Below, in pieces: positions 1 to 12,465 of a DNA stretch of 33,406 nucleotides. The translations under genes and the position numbers were made by a program. Source of the stretch: Podospora anserina (lineage: Eukaryota); assembly GCA_017654855.1 (NCBI GenBank), contig CM030339.1:62001-95406 (forward strand). Reading direction: 5' to 3'. The number at the start of each line of letters is the position of its first letter. Within the stretch, counting starts at the first letter, position 1. The notes beneath the pieces were generated by a model, which was not told where the DNA came from, ran no database searches, and saw only the letters and a list, made by a program, of their open reading frames with translations.

Positions 1-208
1 TGGCCGATGATAACCATAGTTATGTGCGAGGTAGGGGCACATAGCATAGTATGCTATGTATATAGCATTATGTAGTATAAGCTTGCTTTTATTTATGTCG
101 CATGATGATCATACAGGCATACAGACATAATTCGTCAGTACGTCATGCAAACATATGTACTGACGAAGTATGTCGAGGAGGAGGTCCTCCTCCTCCTCTA
201 AATAAAAA

Positions 209-279
209 GGTGTGTTAGTTTAATGGCAAAACATGGCGCTACGGACGTTGTTTTATAAGTTCGAGTCTTATACACATCT
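209..279 (+). tRNA. trnR: tRNA-Arg (anticodon ACG)
   Basis: Cloverleaf: acceptor GGTGTGT/ACACATC, D arm GTTT/AAAC with GG in loop, anticodon loop CT-ACG-GA (ACG at 241-243), T arm ATAAG-TTCGAGT-CTTAT. Confidence 0.9.
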
Positions 280-627
280 GTAATGTCTTATCCTACCATA
301 TAATATTCTGGATTTTTAAGTTTTAGTTTTAGACGCAGAAATATATTTTAAGGCGCGAGCTCTAAATGTAATAGTAGCCCTCTACTACTTCGAGCTTGCG
401 CGCCCGGCTCAGTAAAAAAAATTTTTTATGTGCATAAACATGTATGTGGATAAATAAATTTAAATATGTTGCAGTCTGTGCGCGTAACTTTTTAAGTAAT
501 AAATTCATAACCAGGAGATGCATCATAATGGTGGGTATCATTTAAATGAGCGTGGTAGGGGCTTATTTATTATACCGCACGGTATAAGGTTACTTTAAAT
601 AATTTACAAACTTTTAATATTTTCGCT

Positions 628-2310
628 ATGAATATTACCTTAATACTTTTTTTAATAGGAATTTTAGGATTCGTATTAAATAGAAAAAATATTATATTAA
701 TGCTTATTTCAATTGAAATAATGCTATTAGCTATAACATTCCTAATATTGGTAAGTTCACTTAATATGGATGATATAATCGGTCAAACTTATGCTATTTA
801 TATAATAGTTGTTGCAGGTGCAGAATCTGCTATAGGTTTGGGTATTTTAGTTGCTTTCTATAGATTAATTAACTCTCCTGATAAAAATCCAAGATCAAAT
901 TATTCTTATTCACATTTTAATTTATTACCTACAATTTCACGGCGAAGTCGTAATTTAATCCAATCAAGGAATTATTCTAGCCTTTCGCCTAGGACTAGCG
1001 CTGTATGCAGTGTTAGATCAGAGGGTGAAAGGAAAATAGTTTTAAATCCTTCATTTATAAGTGGGTTCTCTGATGCTGAAGGTTCTTTTGTTGTAACTAT
1101 TTTAAATAATCCTAGATATAAAATAGGATGAAATGTACAAGCTAGATTTCAAATAAAGTTACATGAGAAAGATAGAGCTTTATTATTATTAATTCAAAAT
1201 TATTTTTATAATGTTGGATATATATCCACCCTAAAGGGTGGATCTACGGTTGAATTTAGAGTTAGTGATATAACTAGTTTAAATAATATAATTATACCTC
1301 ATTTTGAAAAGTATACATTAATAACTAATAAATATAAAGATTTTATAATATTTAAACAAATTGTATCGTTAATGTCAGAAAACAAACATACTACTTTAGA
1401 AGGGTTAAAAGAAATTTTAGAATATAGAGCATCTCTTAATTGAGGTTTATCTAAAAATTTAAAGGAATCTTTTCCTTCAATAGTACCAGTTAAAAGAGTC
1501 GAAATTGAGGATAATATATTAAGTAATTTACCTTCTAACTGAGTAGCTGGTTTCTCAGCAGGAGAATCCAATTTTTTTATAACTATATCTGGTAATAAAG
1601 TATGATTACGTTTTTCTATAGCTCAAGACTCAAGAGATATATTGTTATTAAAAAGTTTAGTTGAATTTTTTAATTGTGGTTATATAGCTCAATATAAAAA
1701 CCGTAAAGTATGTGAATTTATAGTTACAAAAATTAATGATATAATTATATATATAATTCCTTTTTTTGAAAAATACAAAATTGAAGGTTCTAAATATAAG
1801 GATTATGTTAATTTTAAAGAAGCTGCTATTCTTATTAAGAATAAAGAACATTTAACTGAAAAAGGTTTAAATAAAATAATAGAATTAAAAAATTCTATGA
1901 ATAAAAATGATTAATATTTTCTTGATTAAAAGGAAGTTTTCATCTTGATCACCAAAGGCGAAGTGAACCTTCGTCTAGTCTTATACAAGGCGAAACTCTC
2001 AAATTGCGGGAAATTCTTAAAAACAAATCTACCAAGTTAATATAGTAATATAATTAATGGAACAAGTAATGATTCGTTGTATGGTAAAAACGATTTGTAT
2101 ATATAGAAGATCTGCAGCCAAGCACCAAGTATTCTTGCTACGCAGGAATAACGGTGTGCAGTTAATCGGCTAAATGTGAGTTGGTTTTTATTAATATGGG
2201 CTGCACAAACTAAAGCTCGGATATTAATAATTAGCTTAAGATATAGTCAGTCTCAATATGAGAATATTGAGGTAAAACGAAGAGGAAGTATAGCAATAGA
2301 ATATAAATAA
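628..2310 (+). CDS. nad4L: NADH dehydrogenase subunit 4L; exons 628-866 and 2280-2310 (89 aa)
   Basis: [34 protein letters not shown]...[18 protein letters not shown] joins RGSIAIEYK*. Junction TT|A with exon ending in T and intron in G. Stop TAA overlaps the nad5 ATG by one base (TAATG at 2308-2312). Confidence 0.97.
867..1914 (+). CDS. Double-motif LAGLIDADG homing endonuclease, in frame with nad4L exon 1, intact
   Basis: Open 628-1914 in code 4; motifs [12 protein letters not shown] and [12 protein letters not shown]; typical C-terminus [18 protein letters not shown]. Confidence 0.93.
867..2279 (+). mobile_element. Group I intron in nad4L (IC1-like core)
   Basis: Core elements CAAATTGCGGGAA (~2000), ATCTGCAGCCAAG (~2110), GTGCAGTTAATCGGCTAAA (~2156), TAAGATATAGTCAG (~2237); terminal G2279. 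Confidence 0.93.
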
Positions 2311-5300
2311 TGTATTTAAGTATAATAATATTACCTTTATTAGGATGTATAGTATCTGGCTTTTTAGGTAGAAAAGTTGGGGTTAAAGGTGCACAACTAA
2401 TTACATGTTCAAATGTAGTAATTACTACAATATTATCAATATTAGCTTTTATTGAAGTAGGTTTTAATAATATTCCTGTTACTATAAATTTATTTAGATG
2501 AATAGATAGTGAATGGTTTAATATCATTTGAGGTTTCCAATTTGATAGTTTAACAGTTTATTTTGTGGGTCTGCTGTTTATACAGCAGACAGAAGCTGTG
2601 TTGGTTTTAATCCAACTGTATAAGAATATATATTTAAAAAAATTATTTAATTGTATATTAGTTAGTTTAGCTTTGAAATCGCTTTGTATAAATGATTTAG
2701 AGCTAGCGCCCAATAAAAAATCAAAACTTTCATCTTTATTCCTTAACCATTCTCTGGTATTTATTAAAGGGAGAGTATATAGTTTAAGGCGCAAGCCTCA
2801 AATAATGAATTATTTAACCCAGCAAACAGCTAAATTTTCTACCCTGAAAGAAGATGGTCGGGTGCGTAGCCCAAATTTTTTAGAATGATTCGTAGGATTT
2901 ACCGATGCTGAAGGTAGTTTTAGTATAAACCCTATGCTTACTAAGGATGGATCGACTCTTTCTAAGGTTGGATTCATGTTTAAAATCGCTTTGCATATAG
3001 ACGATGAGAAGGTTTTAAGATATATTAGTGCTAAATTAGGTGTTGGAGGGGTTCGTCTTTATAAAAATGAATGTATATTTAGTGTTACTGATAAAAAAGG
3101 TATACTATTATTAATATCGATATTTGATAAATATAATCTAAATACCTCAAAATACTTAGATTATTTAGATTTTAAACAAGCTTTTTTTGGCTACCATTTT
3201 AATGGTTGAAATAATAATTTAGATAGTGAAACCAGTTTTACTAGTGAGTCAATAAAAAATAAAATTATAGAACTAAAAAATAAAATGAATACTAATCGTA
3301 TTAATTTTGATAGACCTGAAAGTTCTAAAATTATAATTACTAAATATTGACTACTAGGGTTTATAGAAGGGATGGGTCTTTCTTTATAAGAAGAGATAAT
3401 TTAACACCTACTTTTTCTATCGAAAATACTGGGGTACAATTGCCTGTTTTACTTAAGATAAAAGAATTCTTAGAAAATTCTCTTGGTTTTGACAAATATT
3501 CTTTATACAAAATAAAAAATTCATCTATTATATTACTAACTACAGTAAAAGCTAGATGCGTTAATGGTAAAAGTAGTGTATCTCTTATTATAAATAACAT
3601 AAATGTTCTATATAATTATTTAATACCTTTCTTTTCCGACGCTGAATTTTTAACTAAAAAAGGAAAAGATTTTAACGATTTTAAAATTATCAGTAAAGCT
3701 GTGTATATGGGAGCCCATAGGAAAGAAGAGATAAGATCTTTAATTTTAAAATTATCAAATACTATGAATAATTTTAGATTATCAACCTATAAAGGAATAA
3801 TTGAATATTTAAATAAAGAGGAATTAAATATATTAACAACTGTAACATCTACAATTGAATATCTTATAGATGGAAGAGTCAGGGATAATATTACAAAAAA
3901 AATATTACCTAGACAGGTTAGTTGTATATACGAAATAATAAAAAATTATGGAGAAATTCTATTAGCTAATTCTTTAACTGAAGCTGCTTCAATTGTAGGA
4001 TTATATCCTGATACTTTAAGTAAATATTTAGATATTGAAATATTAAATCCTAAAGATGCTTTTATTGAAATTAAAAATTTAAAAAATTAGAAGAGTACGT
4101 GTACTCTTTAGGAATACAGAGCTTCCATACTTCGTTAGTAAATAGGGACTCCCCCCGTCTTTTAATTACTTTCATTACGGTATATGCCTACGAAGTCTGG
4201 GACTATAATTAAATAAAAACTTTATATATATATATATAATAACCCTTACAATAGCCACAATTAGCTAGCTTAACTATTTGAGCTGTGGGGCGCAAGCTCT
4301 ACCGAGGTCAACATATCAATGGTATGTATGTGCACAAGCTCTTCTTGATGGTTTTCAGCTATTGTGGCGGCGCAAGCTCGCAAGGGGGTATATAATGTTT
4401 ATTAATAAATCACTTTTAATCAAGAATATTATAAATGCGCAAGCTACAAATTAGACGAAGTACTAAAAAATTTTTTTTGCTTCGTGCTTCGCTAGAAAGG
4501 ATCTTAATATACAGAGTATATCATTAATAGGAATTGAGCAAGATTATAATCAAACAATTCTATACTTATACAAAAGTGGTGAAAACGGTTAAGGAGGATA
4601 TACTTTAAGACCGTCGGCAGTTATAAATGTCGCTACAGACTGGTTCACCGGGGTTAGGCTGAAATGTCTGTCCAAATGTACAGTCGGATCCTAGAACGAA
4701 TGTGATATCGTAGAGAGTAAATATTTATCGAAAAACACTACACATAGTGGATAGCCTTACCGCAAAGGTAATAAACTCTTAAGTAGGTAAACTACTCTTA
4801 ATGTCTATTGCTCTTATGACAGAGTTGACATCAAGGTCAGGTTAACTAGGATTGTTCAATGTTAATTCCTGTATTGATAATAAGTTCTTTAGTTCACATA
4901 TATTCAATTTCGTACATGAGTAGTGATCCTCGAGGTAGCGTGGAGGGAATACGCTTCTATGGGGGTAAACTGTCAAATTCCGGGGAACTCCTAAAGCTTA
5001 AGGTACCAAGCTGTATTTGAAAAATTATCAGTGGCTGAGGTAATTGCTCAGGTATGGTAACAAGCCTTAAGATATGTGAAAACAAAATGGACAATCGCGG
5101 ATCTAAGTCAACAAAACTAAAAGTTAATGTTGTAAAAGAGCAACGAGTAAACGGCAGTTGATCAGCTAAGTCTAACTTAACTAATTTAAGATGTACTCTA
5201 ACAGGTTTTGAAAAGAATCGTGGTATAAATCACGGCTTCAACCGTCAAATGAGTTGAAGTTCACGTGTTAAAATCCCATCTAAGCAATTCCGTCTCAGCT

Positions 5301-8300
5301 CCGTCGTTTTTATTCATGGTACTTCTAAATTGACTTCGGTGAATCCTGGAGTTTGGTCTGGTTTAATAGACGGAGAAGGTTCTTTTTCAATAATCTTAGT
5401 TAGAAATTCAACACGTAAATTAGGTTGACGTATTGAACCAAAATTTCAACTTGGTTTACATAAAAAAGATTATGATGTATTATTACAGTTACAGCTTTTT
5501 TTAGGTGGTGCCGGTGGTATCTATTCAGCTCGGAATGGTGAGTTTGTTAACTACATAATTAGTTCTATTAAAGATTTAAATAAACTTGTTGTTCATTTAG
5601 AACATTATCCATTGTTAACTCAAAAATCCGTGGATTTCTTTTTCTTTAAACAAATAATAGATTTAATTAATAATAAAGCTCATTTTACTGTTGAAGGTTT
5701 AAATAAAATAGTAAATCTAAAAGCATCTATGAATTTAGGTTTATCCGATAAGTTAAAATTAGAGTTTCCTGGATATCAAGTCATGGAAAGACCTATTTTT
5801 AATTGTATCGAAGTAGCTGCAAATATAAGTCCTTCTTGGATTTCTGGTTTTGTTAGTGCTGAAGGGAACTTTGATGTTCGTACACCTAAAACAAATAGTA
5901 AAACGGGTTATAGAGTTCAGTTAAGATTTAGGATAACCCAGCATGTTAGGGATATCATATTAATGGAAAAATTAGTTCAATATTTAGGAGGAGGAAAAGT
6001 ATATAAATATACTAGATCTGGTGTTCATTTAAGTATAGTTGATTTCTCCTTAATCACTAATAGAATAATTCCTATATTTAAAGAAAATCCTTTAGTTGGT
6101 GTAAAATCTAAGGATTTTGAAGACTGGTGTAAAATACATGAATTAATGGTTAATCGTTCACACTTAACTATTAAAGGTAAAGAAATTAAATTGGGTATGA
6201 ATAGAGGTAGGAGTATTGAGACAGAGTAAGAAGGTAAGATTAATTAATTTCAAGATTACGTCACTTCGTCTATATGAAGAATTTGCTTTAAGACCCTCGA
6301 TGTAACCGGCGCCATTCAAAAAGTAAACTAGTATAAAATGAGACAAATTGTATGATAAATTTAACAAAAGCATAATCAAAGGTTTTTTAGTTATTTAAGC
6401 TTATTTACATTTATGATGATAATACTTGTAACAGCTAATAATTATTTATTAATGTTTGTAGGATGAGAAGGTGTAGGAGTTTGTTCATATCTATTAGTTA
6501 GTTTTTGATTTACTAGAATAGCAGCTAATCAAAGTTCTATATCTGCCTTCTTAGCTAATAGAGTAGGGGATTGTTTTTTAACAATTGGTATGTTTGCTAT
6601 ATTATGATCTTTAGGTAAACGAAATAATTGTAAAGTTTTCATGAGCTTGCGCCCCACGCACAAGATCAAAAATAAAAAAACTAGCTCATTAACCAAATAC
6701 ACTTTGAGCAATGCTCAAAGATGCTTTCATAAAACAACAAATATTTTAGGTAGTGCTGTACAAGCTAAAGCTTGTACTTCTCATTTTATAGCTTGCGCAC
6801 ATATATCTGATATTCAAATTAGGAAGTATTCTAATTCACCTTTTGCTCCTTATTTAGCAGGATTAATAGAAGGTGATGGACATATAGCTGTACATGATAA
6901 AAATACACAAAAAAAAGAGTACAGACCAAAGATTATTATTGCTTTTAATATTAACGATAAACCTTTAGCTGAAAAATTATCAACAGTATTAGCTGTTGGT
7001 AAAGTAATTGATAGAGCTAGTACAGGACATGTATTATTACAAATTTTGGCTAAAGAAGAAGTATTAAAAATAATTAATTTAATTAATGGTCATATGCGTA
7101 CACCTAAAATAGAAGCACTACATAGAGCTATTCGTTGAATAAATGAAAAAGATAATAGCTCTATACCGTTATTAGGTATAGATTCTTCTCCTTTAGAGAG
7201 TAATAGTTGATTATCCGGATTTACAGACGCCGATGGGTGTTTTGGTATAACTGTATACGATCGTAAGAAAAATGGAGTATTTTTAAGAACAAGTGTTAAA
7301 ACTTCTTTCCGAATAGAAGTAAAACAAAATTATTCCAGAGAGGTTACTTTAGAACAAGATGGGCGTAGCACTAGTTTTTTTTTTATTATGAGTGAAATTG
7401 CCGCATTTTTTACCGTAAATTTATATACTAGAACTAGAAAGACAGAGGATAAAGTATTTTACGCTTTTGCAGCAGTGGCTCATAATTCAAGAAGTCATGA
7501 AATACTTCGTAATTATTTTGATAATTATCCTTTGTATTCATCTAAACATCTAGCTTATAAAGATTGATGTCTTGTTCAAGTTCTTCATAAAGGATCTTTA
7601 AGTAAGGAGAACTTAGAGATAATAAAAGCTATTAAAAATGGGTTTAATACTAAGAGAAAAGTATTTGATTTTTCACATTTGAATTCTTTACAATTTAAAT
7701 AAATTGCCGTGAGAGGTAGGAATATCTCTCTTATTATATAACTATGTGCGGGAAAACCCTAAAGTCTTTTTATAGATTATTGTGGAAACTTTTTATATAT
7801 AACTGCGTACACAAAACTTAAAAATTAAAAAGAATAGAATCCTACGAGCTTGCGCCGTCGTATGGTGACTTTTGCTGCTATGTACGGCGCTATATATAGC
7901 GCTATATATAGCGAGGCGCAAGCTCCTCCTCCTCGTAGGGCTTACTTATATGCTTGCAGACTTCGTACGCATACTTATTTGCGGCGTAGCCGTCAGAAGT
8001 ATAGCTGTCAGAAGCATGAAGTATAGCAGGAACAGTAGGATGAAAATGGACAATCCGCAGGAAACTAAGAATAATTCTAATTTATTTAAGGATCCTCAGA
8101 GACTACACGTTATACGCCCTTTATCCATAATGTTGTGCATACTTCGTCTGCCTAAAACATATGTTGAACAAGGGTGAAAATATAGTCCAGTTATAGCTGA
8201 AAAGTTATAAGTTATTCGAATTTAGATTATAGTACAGTATTTTCATTAGCCCCTTATATTAACAGTAAAGTAGTTCTTATTATAGGTATATGTTTATTAA

Positions 8301-11300
8301 TTGGTGCTATGGCTAAAAGTGTGCGCTGATGAGCTTTATTTTGAAATGGAGATATAATCTCTAAACATTGGTCAAATATGTTTCTGACTACGAAATTAGG
8401 TGGCGGGGAAATCCCAAAGTTGAACATAGCATTTTCGCATAATGAAGAGATTAGATCCAATCATGGGGATCGATTAGCTCTTCTAGTCAAGTTTTCTATG
8501 ATTAAGACTATACTGTTTGAAGTTCATCTACCAGTTGTCTCAAGCCATGGACTTCAGCGTGCCTGAGATAGGCTGAATGCGGCAAACCTTTTTCTTGAAC
8601 TTTTGGATAGGGTTATGGCCTGTCCGCAAACGAATTGCATAAACAATTTCAAGGTAGAGAGTGAACAATCTAAGGAAAACAAAATTCAAAATATATGAAG
8701 ATCAGGATTACCTAAGACTAGAAATAGTTATGGTAACAGAGGAGTAGTATTACCCTTTGTATATTATAACAATATATATTGTCCTTTAAAAAAGGGGATA
8801 AGGGGAAGAACTCTAGATTTTAATTTTAGATTGCTATCCACTAGTGCTGGGAGTCCAGTACAGATAAAATCTAACACTAATGATAAGCTTCTAAAGCTAG
8901 CTAAGCATTGTAAAAAAAATTTTTTAATGGTCAAATCCAAATGGACAAATTATACCGATTAATGTATGATTCAGCACTGTATGAATTGGCATATAAAAAG
9001 CTAGGCGCTAGTTCTGGGCGCAAATTCGGCGCAAGCTCTGGAGGGAATATAAATCAGGCGGGTATTAATATTAAACCCCTTGACCATAACCACTACCCTT
9101 TAGTAGGATCCGCAGAGATGTTATCTGAAGTAATTGAAGGAATTATTGCTGAGTTGAAAGATAGTAGGTTTAGATTTGAAGGAAAAAAGGTAAAAACCCT
9201 AGTAAGTAGACCTCTTACTACTTTTAGAAATAAACTGGTACAAGAGGTAATGAGAATGATTTTAGAAGTTATATTCGAACCAACTTTCTCTGAACACAAC
9301 CATGGGTTTAGGCCAGGAAGGGGGTGTCATTCGGCTTTGAAAGAAATTAAGGCGCAAGCTATAAATTTTGGAGTATCAACCTGATATTTTGAAGGAGATA
9401 TTTCTAAATACTTAGTTACTTGTGCTGACGAAGTTATGCATGCAAGCTCCTCTTTTGTTACTTCGAGACGTGGCGGCGACGGTGGCGGCAAAGCCGCAGC
9501 AGCAGCCGCGCTCGTAAGTTCTCAAATAGAAAGAGTCTTAATGAATATAATTGAAAATAAAATTAAAGACCGTAGGTTTACAGATTTAATATGAAAAGCT
9601 TTAAAAGCTGGATATTTTGAATTTAAAATATTCAAAGATTCAAATACAGGTACTACTCAAGGTGATATACTTAGCCCTATTTTAAGTAACATTTATCTAA
9701 ATGAATTAGATAGATTTATTAGTAAGTTAAAATTAGAGTACGATAAAGGAATTAAACCTAAAGTAAATCCTTATTATAACAAACTTTGTAATATGAAGAA
9801 TAAAACTCTTGATGTACAAACTAGGATCCGTATCCATAAGTTACACTTGAAGACTCCTTATTATAAAACACTAGATCCTAGTTTCAAGAAATTAGTATAT
9901 GTAAGATATGCTAATGTTTGGGTTATAGGTGTTAGAGGATCCAAAGAGGATTGTAACATTCTGTTAGAAAAAATAAAATATTTTTTAAAGATAAATTAAA
10001 TATTGGGGGCGCAAGCTCTCGCGCAAGCTCGAGTTTTGAGCTTGTGCCTAAAACCCTATCTAGTATAACTAATGCTAAAAAGGTCTTATTCTTGGATACG
10101 GTAATATTCAGTAGCTGACACAGAAAACATCAATCTTTGACTTCCAGTTCATCTGGGTTCATGCTAAGAAATGGTAGAGAAATTAGACTTGAAGCACCTA
10201 AACAAATAATACTACAAAAACTAAATGAAGCCGGTTTTATAACTAATGGGAAACCATCTCCTAAATTACTATGACAACATTATAATAAGGACACAATAAT
10301 AACATTATATAATTCTGTATATAGGTATATTAATTATTATAGTTTTGCTGAAAATATTTCCAAAATTTCTTCATGACTTCACTTTATATTAAAAACTTCT
10401 TGTGTGAAATTATTGGCATCCAAATTTAAATTAGGAACTATATGTAAAACTTATTTTAAATTTGGAAAAGATTTAAAAGGAGATAATAAAATCGGTTTTG
10501 TGGATGCGATGGCTTATGGAATAAATATTTGAGACTTTAAGATATCAACTAAAGGTATAATTCAAATCCTATATGCTGGAACAAAAACCTCTAGAGGCGG
10601 AGCCGCGAAGCCGCTAAGGAGCAAAGCCGCGAAGCCAGAAAGCCGCCGCACTAAAATTTAATAAAATTAATGGATTAAAGGTTAAAATAGTGCTTTCGAG
10701 GAGGCTACGTATACGAAGTATGCTTTATATATAGCGCTATATATAGCGCAAGCTCCTCCTCGACATACTTTGTCAGTATGTATGTATGTCAGCACTAATA
10801 TTATTATAACCAGACAGTAATACCACTATATATATAATGCAAACGCTTAGTATATTAAAATTGGAGAGCCGTATGATGGGAAACTATCACGTACGGTTCG
10901 GGAAAAGGTATATATACTGATAAGAGGTATACGTATCTAGTTCATTCTCAAGTAGGTTTACATGTATGATTACCTATGGCGATGGAAGGTCCTACTCCTG
11001 TATCAGCATTAATACATGCAGCTACTATGGTAACTGCAGGTGTATATTTACTAATGCGTAGTTCACCATTAATTGAATATAATAGTACAGTTTTATTATT
11101 ATGTTTATGATTAGGTGCGATAACTACTGTATTTAGTTCTCTTATAGGTCTGTTCCAACAAGATATAAAAAAAGTTATAGCTTATTCCACAATGAGTCAA
11201 TTGGGAATGATGGTTATAGCTATAGGTTTATCATCTTACAATGTAGCTTTATTCCACTTAATAAATCATGCATTTTATAAAGCGCTATTGTTTTTAGGAG

Positions 11301-12231
11301 CAGGTAGTGTTATACACGCTGTAGCTGATAACCAAGATTTTAGAAAGTATGGTGGATTAATAAATTTTCTACCTTTAACATACTCTGTTATGTTAATAGC
11401 GAGTTTAAGTTTAGTTGCTTTCCCTTTCATGACAGGTTTTTATAGTAAAGATTTTATTTTAGAATCTGCTTATGGACAATTTAGTTTTTCAGGTGTAGCT
11501 GTATATATAATAGCTACTATAGGTGCAATATTTACAACGCTATATTCTGTTAAAGTTTTATACTTAACTTTTTTATCTAATCCTAACGGAACTAGAGCTT
11601 ATTATAATTATAAACCTGCCCTTGAAGGTGACTTGTTTTTAACTTTACCTTTAATTATATTAGCCATATTTTCGATATTTTTGGTTTCATTACTAAAGAT
11701 ATATTTATAGGTTTAGGATCTAATTTCTTTGGGGATAATAGCTTATTTATCCATCCTACTCACGAGATAATGATTGATACTGAATTTGCTGTACCTGTTT
11801 TATTTAAATTATTACCGTTTATATTTACTATATCTTTTAGTATTATAGCCTTAACTATATCAGAATTTTTATCTGAGTTAGTTATTTATTTTAAATTATC
11901 TAGATTAGGATATAATATTTTTGGTTTCTTTTAATCAAAGATTTTTAATTGAATTATTTTATAATAAATATATTACAAATTTAATTTTAGATTTAGGGGG
12001 ACAAATGACTAAGATATTAGATAAAGGTAGTATAGAACTATTTGGGCCTTTTGGCTTAGAAAAAGGGTTAGTTAATTTTAGTAAAAATATATCATCTCTA
12101 AGTACAAGTCATGTAACGACTTATGCATTATATATCTTAGTAGCTTTTATTTTATATTTACTTTATAATTATTTATCTTTTAATTTTTACCATTTCTTAT
12201 AGCTGGACTCACTATACTAACAACGATATAA
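2310..12231 (+). CDS. nad5: NADH dehydrogenase subunit 5; exons 2310-2557, 4855-4930, 6371-6616, 8219-8320, 10946-12231 (three homopolymer frameshifts in last exon)
   Basis: Exons join as FDSLTV|SMLIPV...[14 protein letters not shown]...WEGVG...LWSLG|NLDY...[35 protein letters not shown]. Frameshifts at T-runs 11678-82, 11929-32 and probably 12184-88. The end at 12231 is inferred; the as-read stop is at 12202. Confidence 0.95.
2558..4090 (+). CDS. Double-motif LAGLIDADG endonuclease with C-terminal HTH (NUMOD1-like) extension; one frameshift at G-run 3369-3371
   Basis: In frame with exon 1; motifs [12 protein letters not shown] and WLLGFIEG/DGSF; tail [22 protein letters not shown]. May extend ~55 nt further through another A-run shift near 4081. 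Confidence 0.88.
4289..4299. repeat. MUSE1-type 11-bp element GGCGCAAGCTC (representative copy)
   Basis: Exact copies at 4289, 4369, 7915, 9028, 10008, 21861, 25162, 27421 (+) and 6643, 7846, 22002 (-); GGCGCGAGCTC variants at 352, 12324 (+) and 21708, 25216 (-). List is by eye and not exhaustive. Confidence 0.88.
4931..6229 (+). CDS. Double-motif LAGLIDADG endonuclease in frame with nad5 exon 2, reading through the ribozyme core
   Basis: No TAA/TAG from 4931 to 6226; motifs [12 protein letters not shown] and [12 protein letters not shown]. Confidence 0.92.
4931..6370 (+). mobile_element. Group I intron nad5-i2 (after CDS nt 324; IC2-like core)
   Basis: Core CAAATTCCGGGGAACTCCTAAAG, AATCGCGGATCTAAG, GAGCAACGAGTAAACGG, TAAGATGTACTCTA (4975-5200); ends G6370. 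Confidence 0.93.
6617..7702 (+). CDS. Double-motif LAGLIDADG endonuclease in frame with nad5 exon 3, intact
   Basis: Motifs [12 protein letters not shown] and [25 protein letters not shown] and [14 protein letters not shown]; stop TAA 7700-7702. Confidence 0.93.
6617..8218 (+). mobile_element. Group I intron nad5-i3 (after CDS nt 570; IB-like core)
   Basis: Core ACTATGTGCGGGAAA (7741), AATCCGCAGGAAAC (~8052), GGATCCTCAGAGACTACACG (~8090), AATATAGTCC (~8179); ends G8218. Confidence 0.93.
8321..10661 (+). CDS. Group II intron-encoded RT-like/maturase protein, catalytically degenerate (YANV), no HNH domain; two homopolymer frameshifts (~8912-8925, ~9988)
   Basis: RT blocks [63 protein letters not shown]; domain [17 protein letters not shown]...[16 protein letters not shown]; in frame with exon 4. 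Confidence 0.88.
8321..10945 (+). mobile_element. Group II intron nad5-i4 (after CDS nt 672)
   Basis: 5' GTGCG at 8321; domain V GAGCCGTATGATGGGAAACTATCACGTACGGTTC at 10866-10899; 3' end ...TTCAT (AY); removal joins AKS|SQVG. Confidence 0.96.
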
Positions 12232-12465
12232 TGTTCTTATTTTTATTTTTTTTTTTTTTATGTATTTTTTAGGCCTAAACTCTATTTTTAGAGTAAGTGA
12301 CACAAGCTCTAAAAGTATTAGAGGGCGCGAGCTCGAAATAATATTATACGATAAGAGTCCAGCTAGACCTTACCTATTTGTTAGTAGTTCATCTTTACAG
12401 TCTAGTATTATTCCTAAAATTTACCTTCCTAAATTTTTAGAATTTTTGTTAAAAGGTTAATATTT

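Larger units (their letters stand above)
2558..4854 (+). mobile_element. Group I intron nad5-i1 (after CDS nt 248; ID-like core)
   Basis: Interrupts GT|T codon. 3' core with AAGACCGTCGG, CGCTACAGACTGGTTCACC and AATGTACAGTCG (4605-4686); ends in G. Confidence 0.9.

Noticed and set aside
280-627. Promoter for nad4L-nad5
   Set aside because: No motif I can distinguish from AT-rich background.
7872-8177. 101-aa ORF inside nad5-i3
   Set aside because: Overlies GC repeats and the ribozyme core; open by composition, with no domain features.
8941-9999. Retron, DGR or retroplasmid reverse transcriptase
   Set aside because: Enclosed by group II boundaries with domain V and followed by domain X; clearly an intron-encoded protein.
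11678-11932. Programmed frameshifting or RNA editing to explain paired -1/+1 shifts in nad5
   Set aside because: Similar indels occur at homopolymers throughout the window in both directions; sequencing error is simpler.
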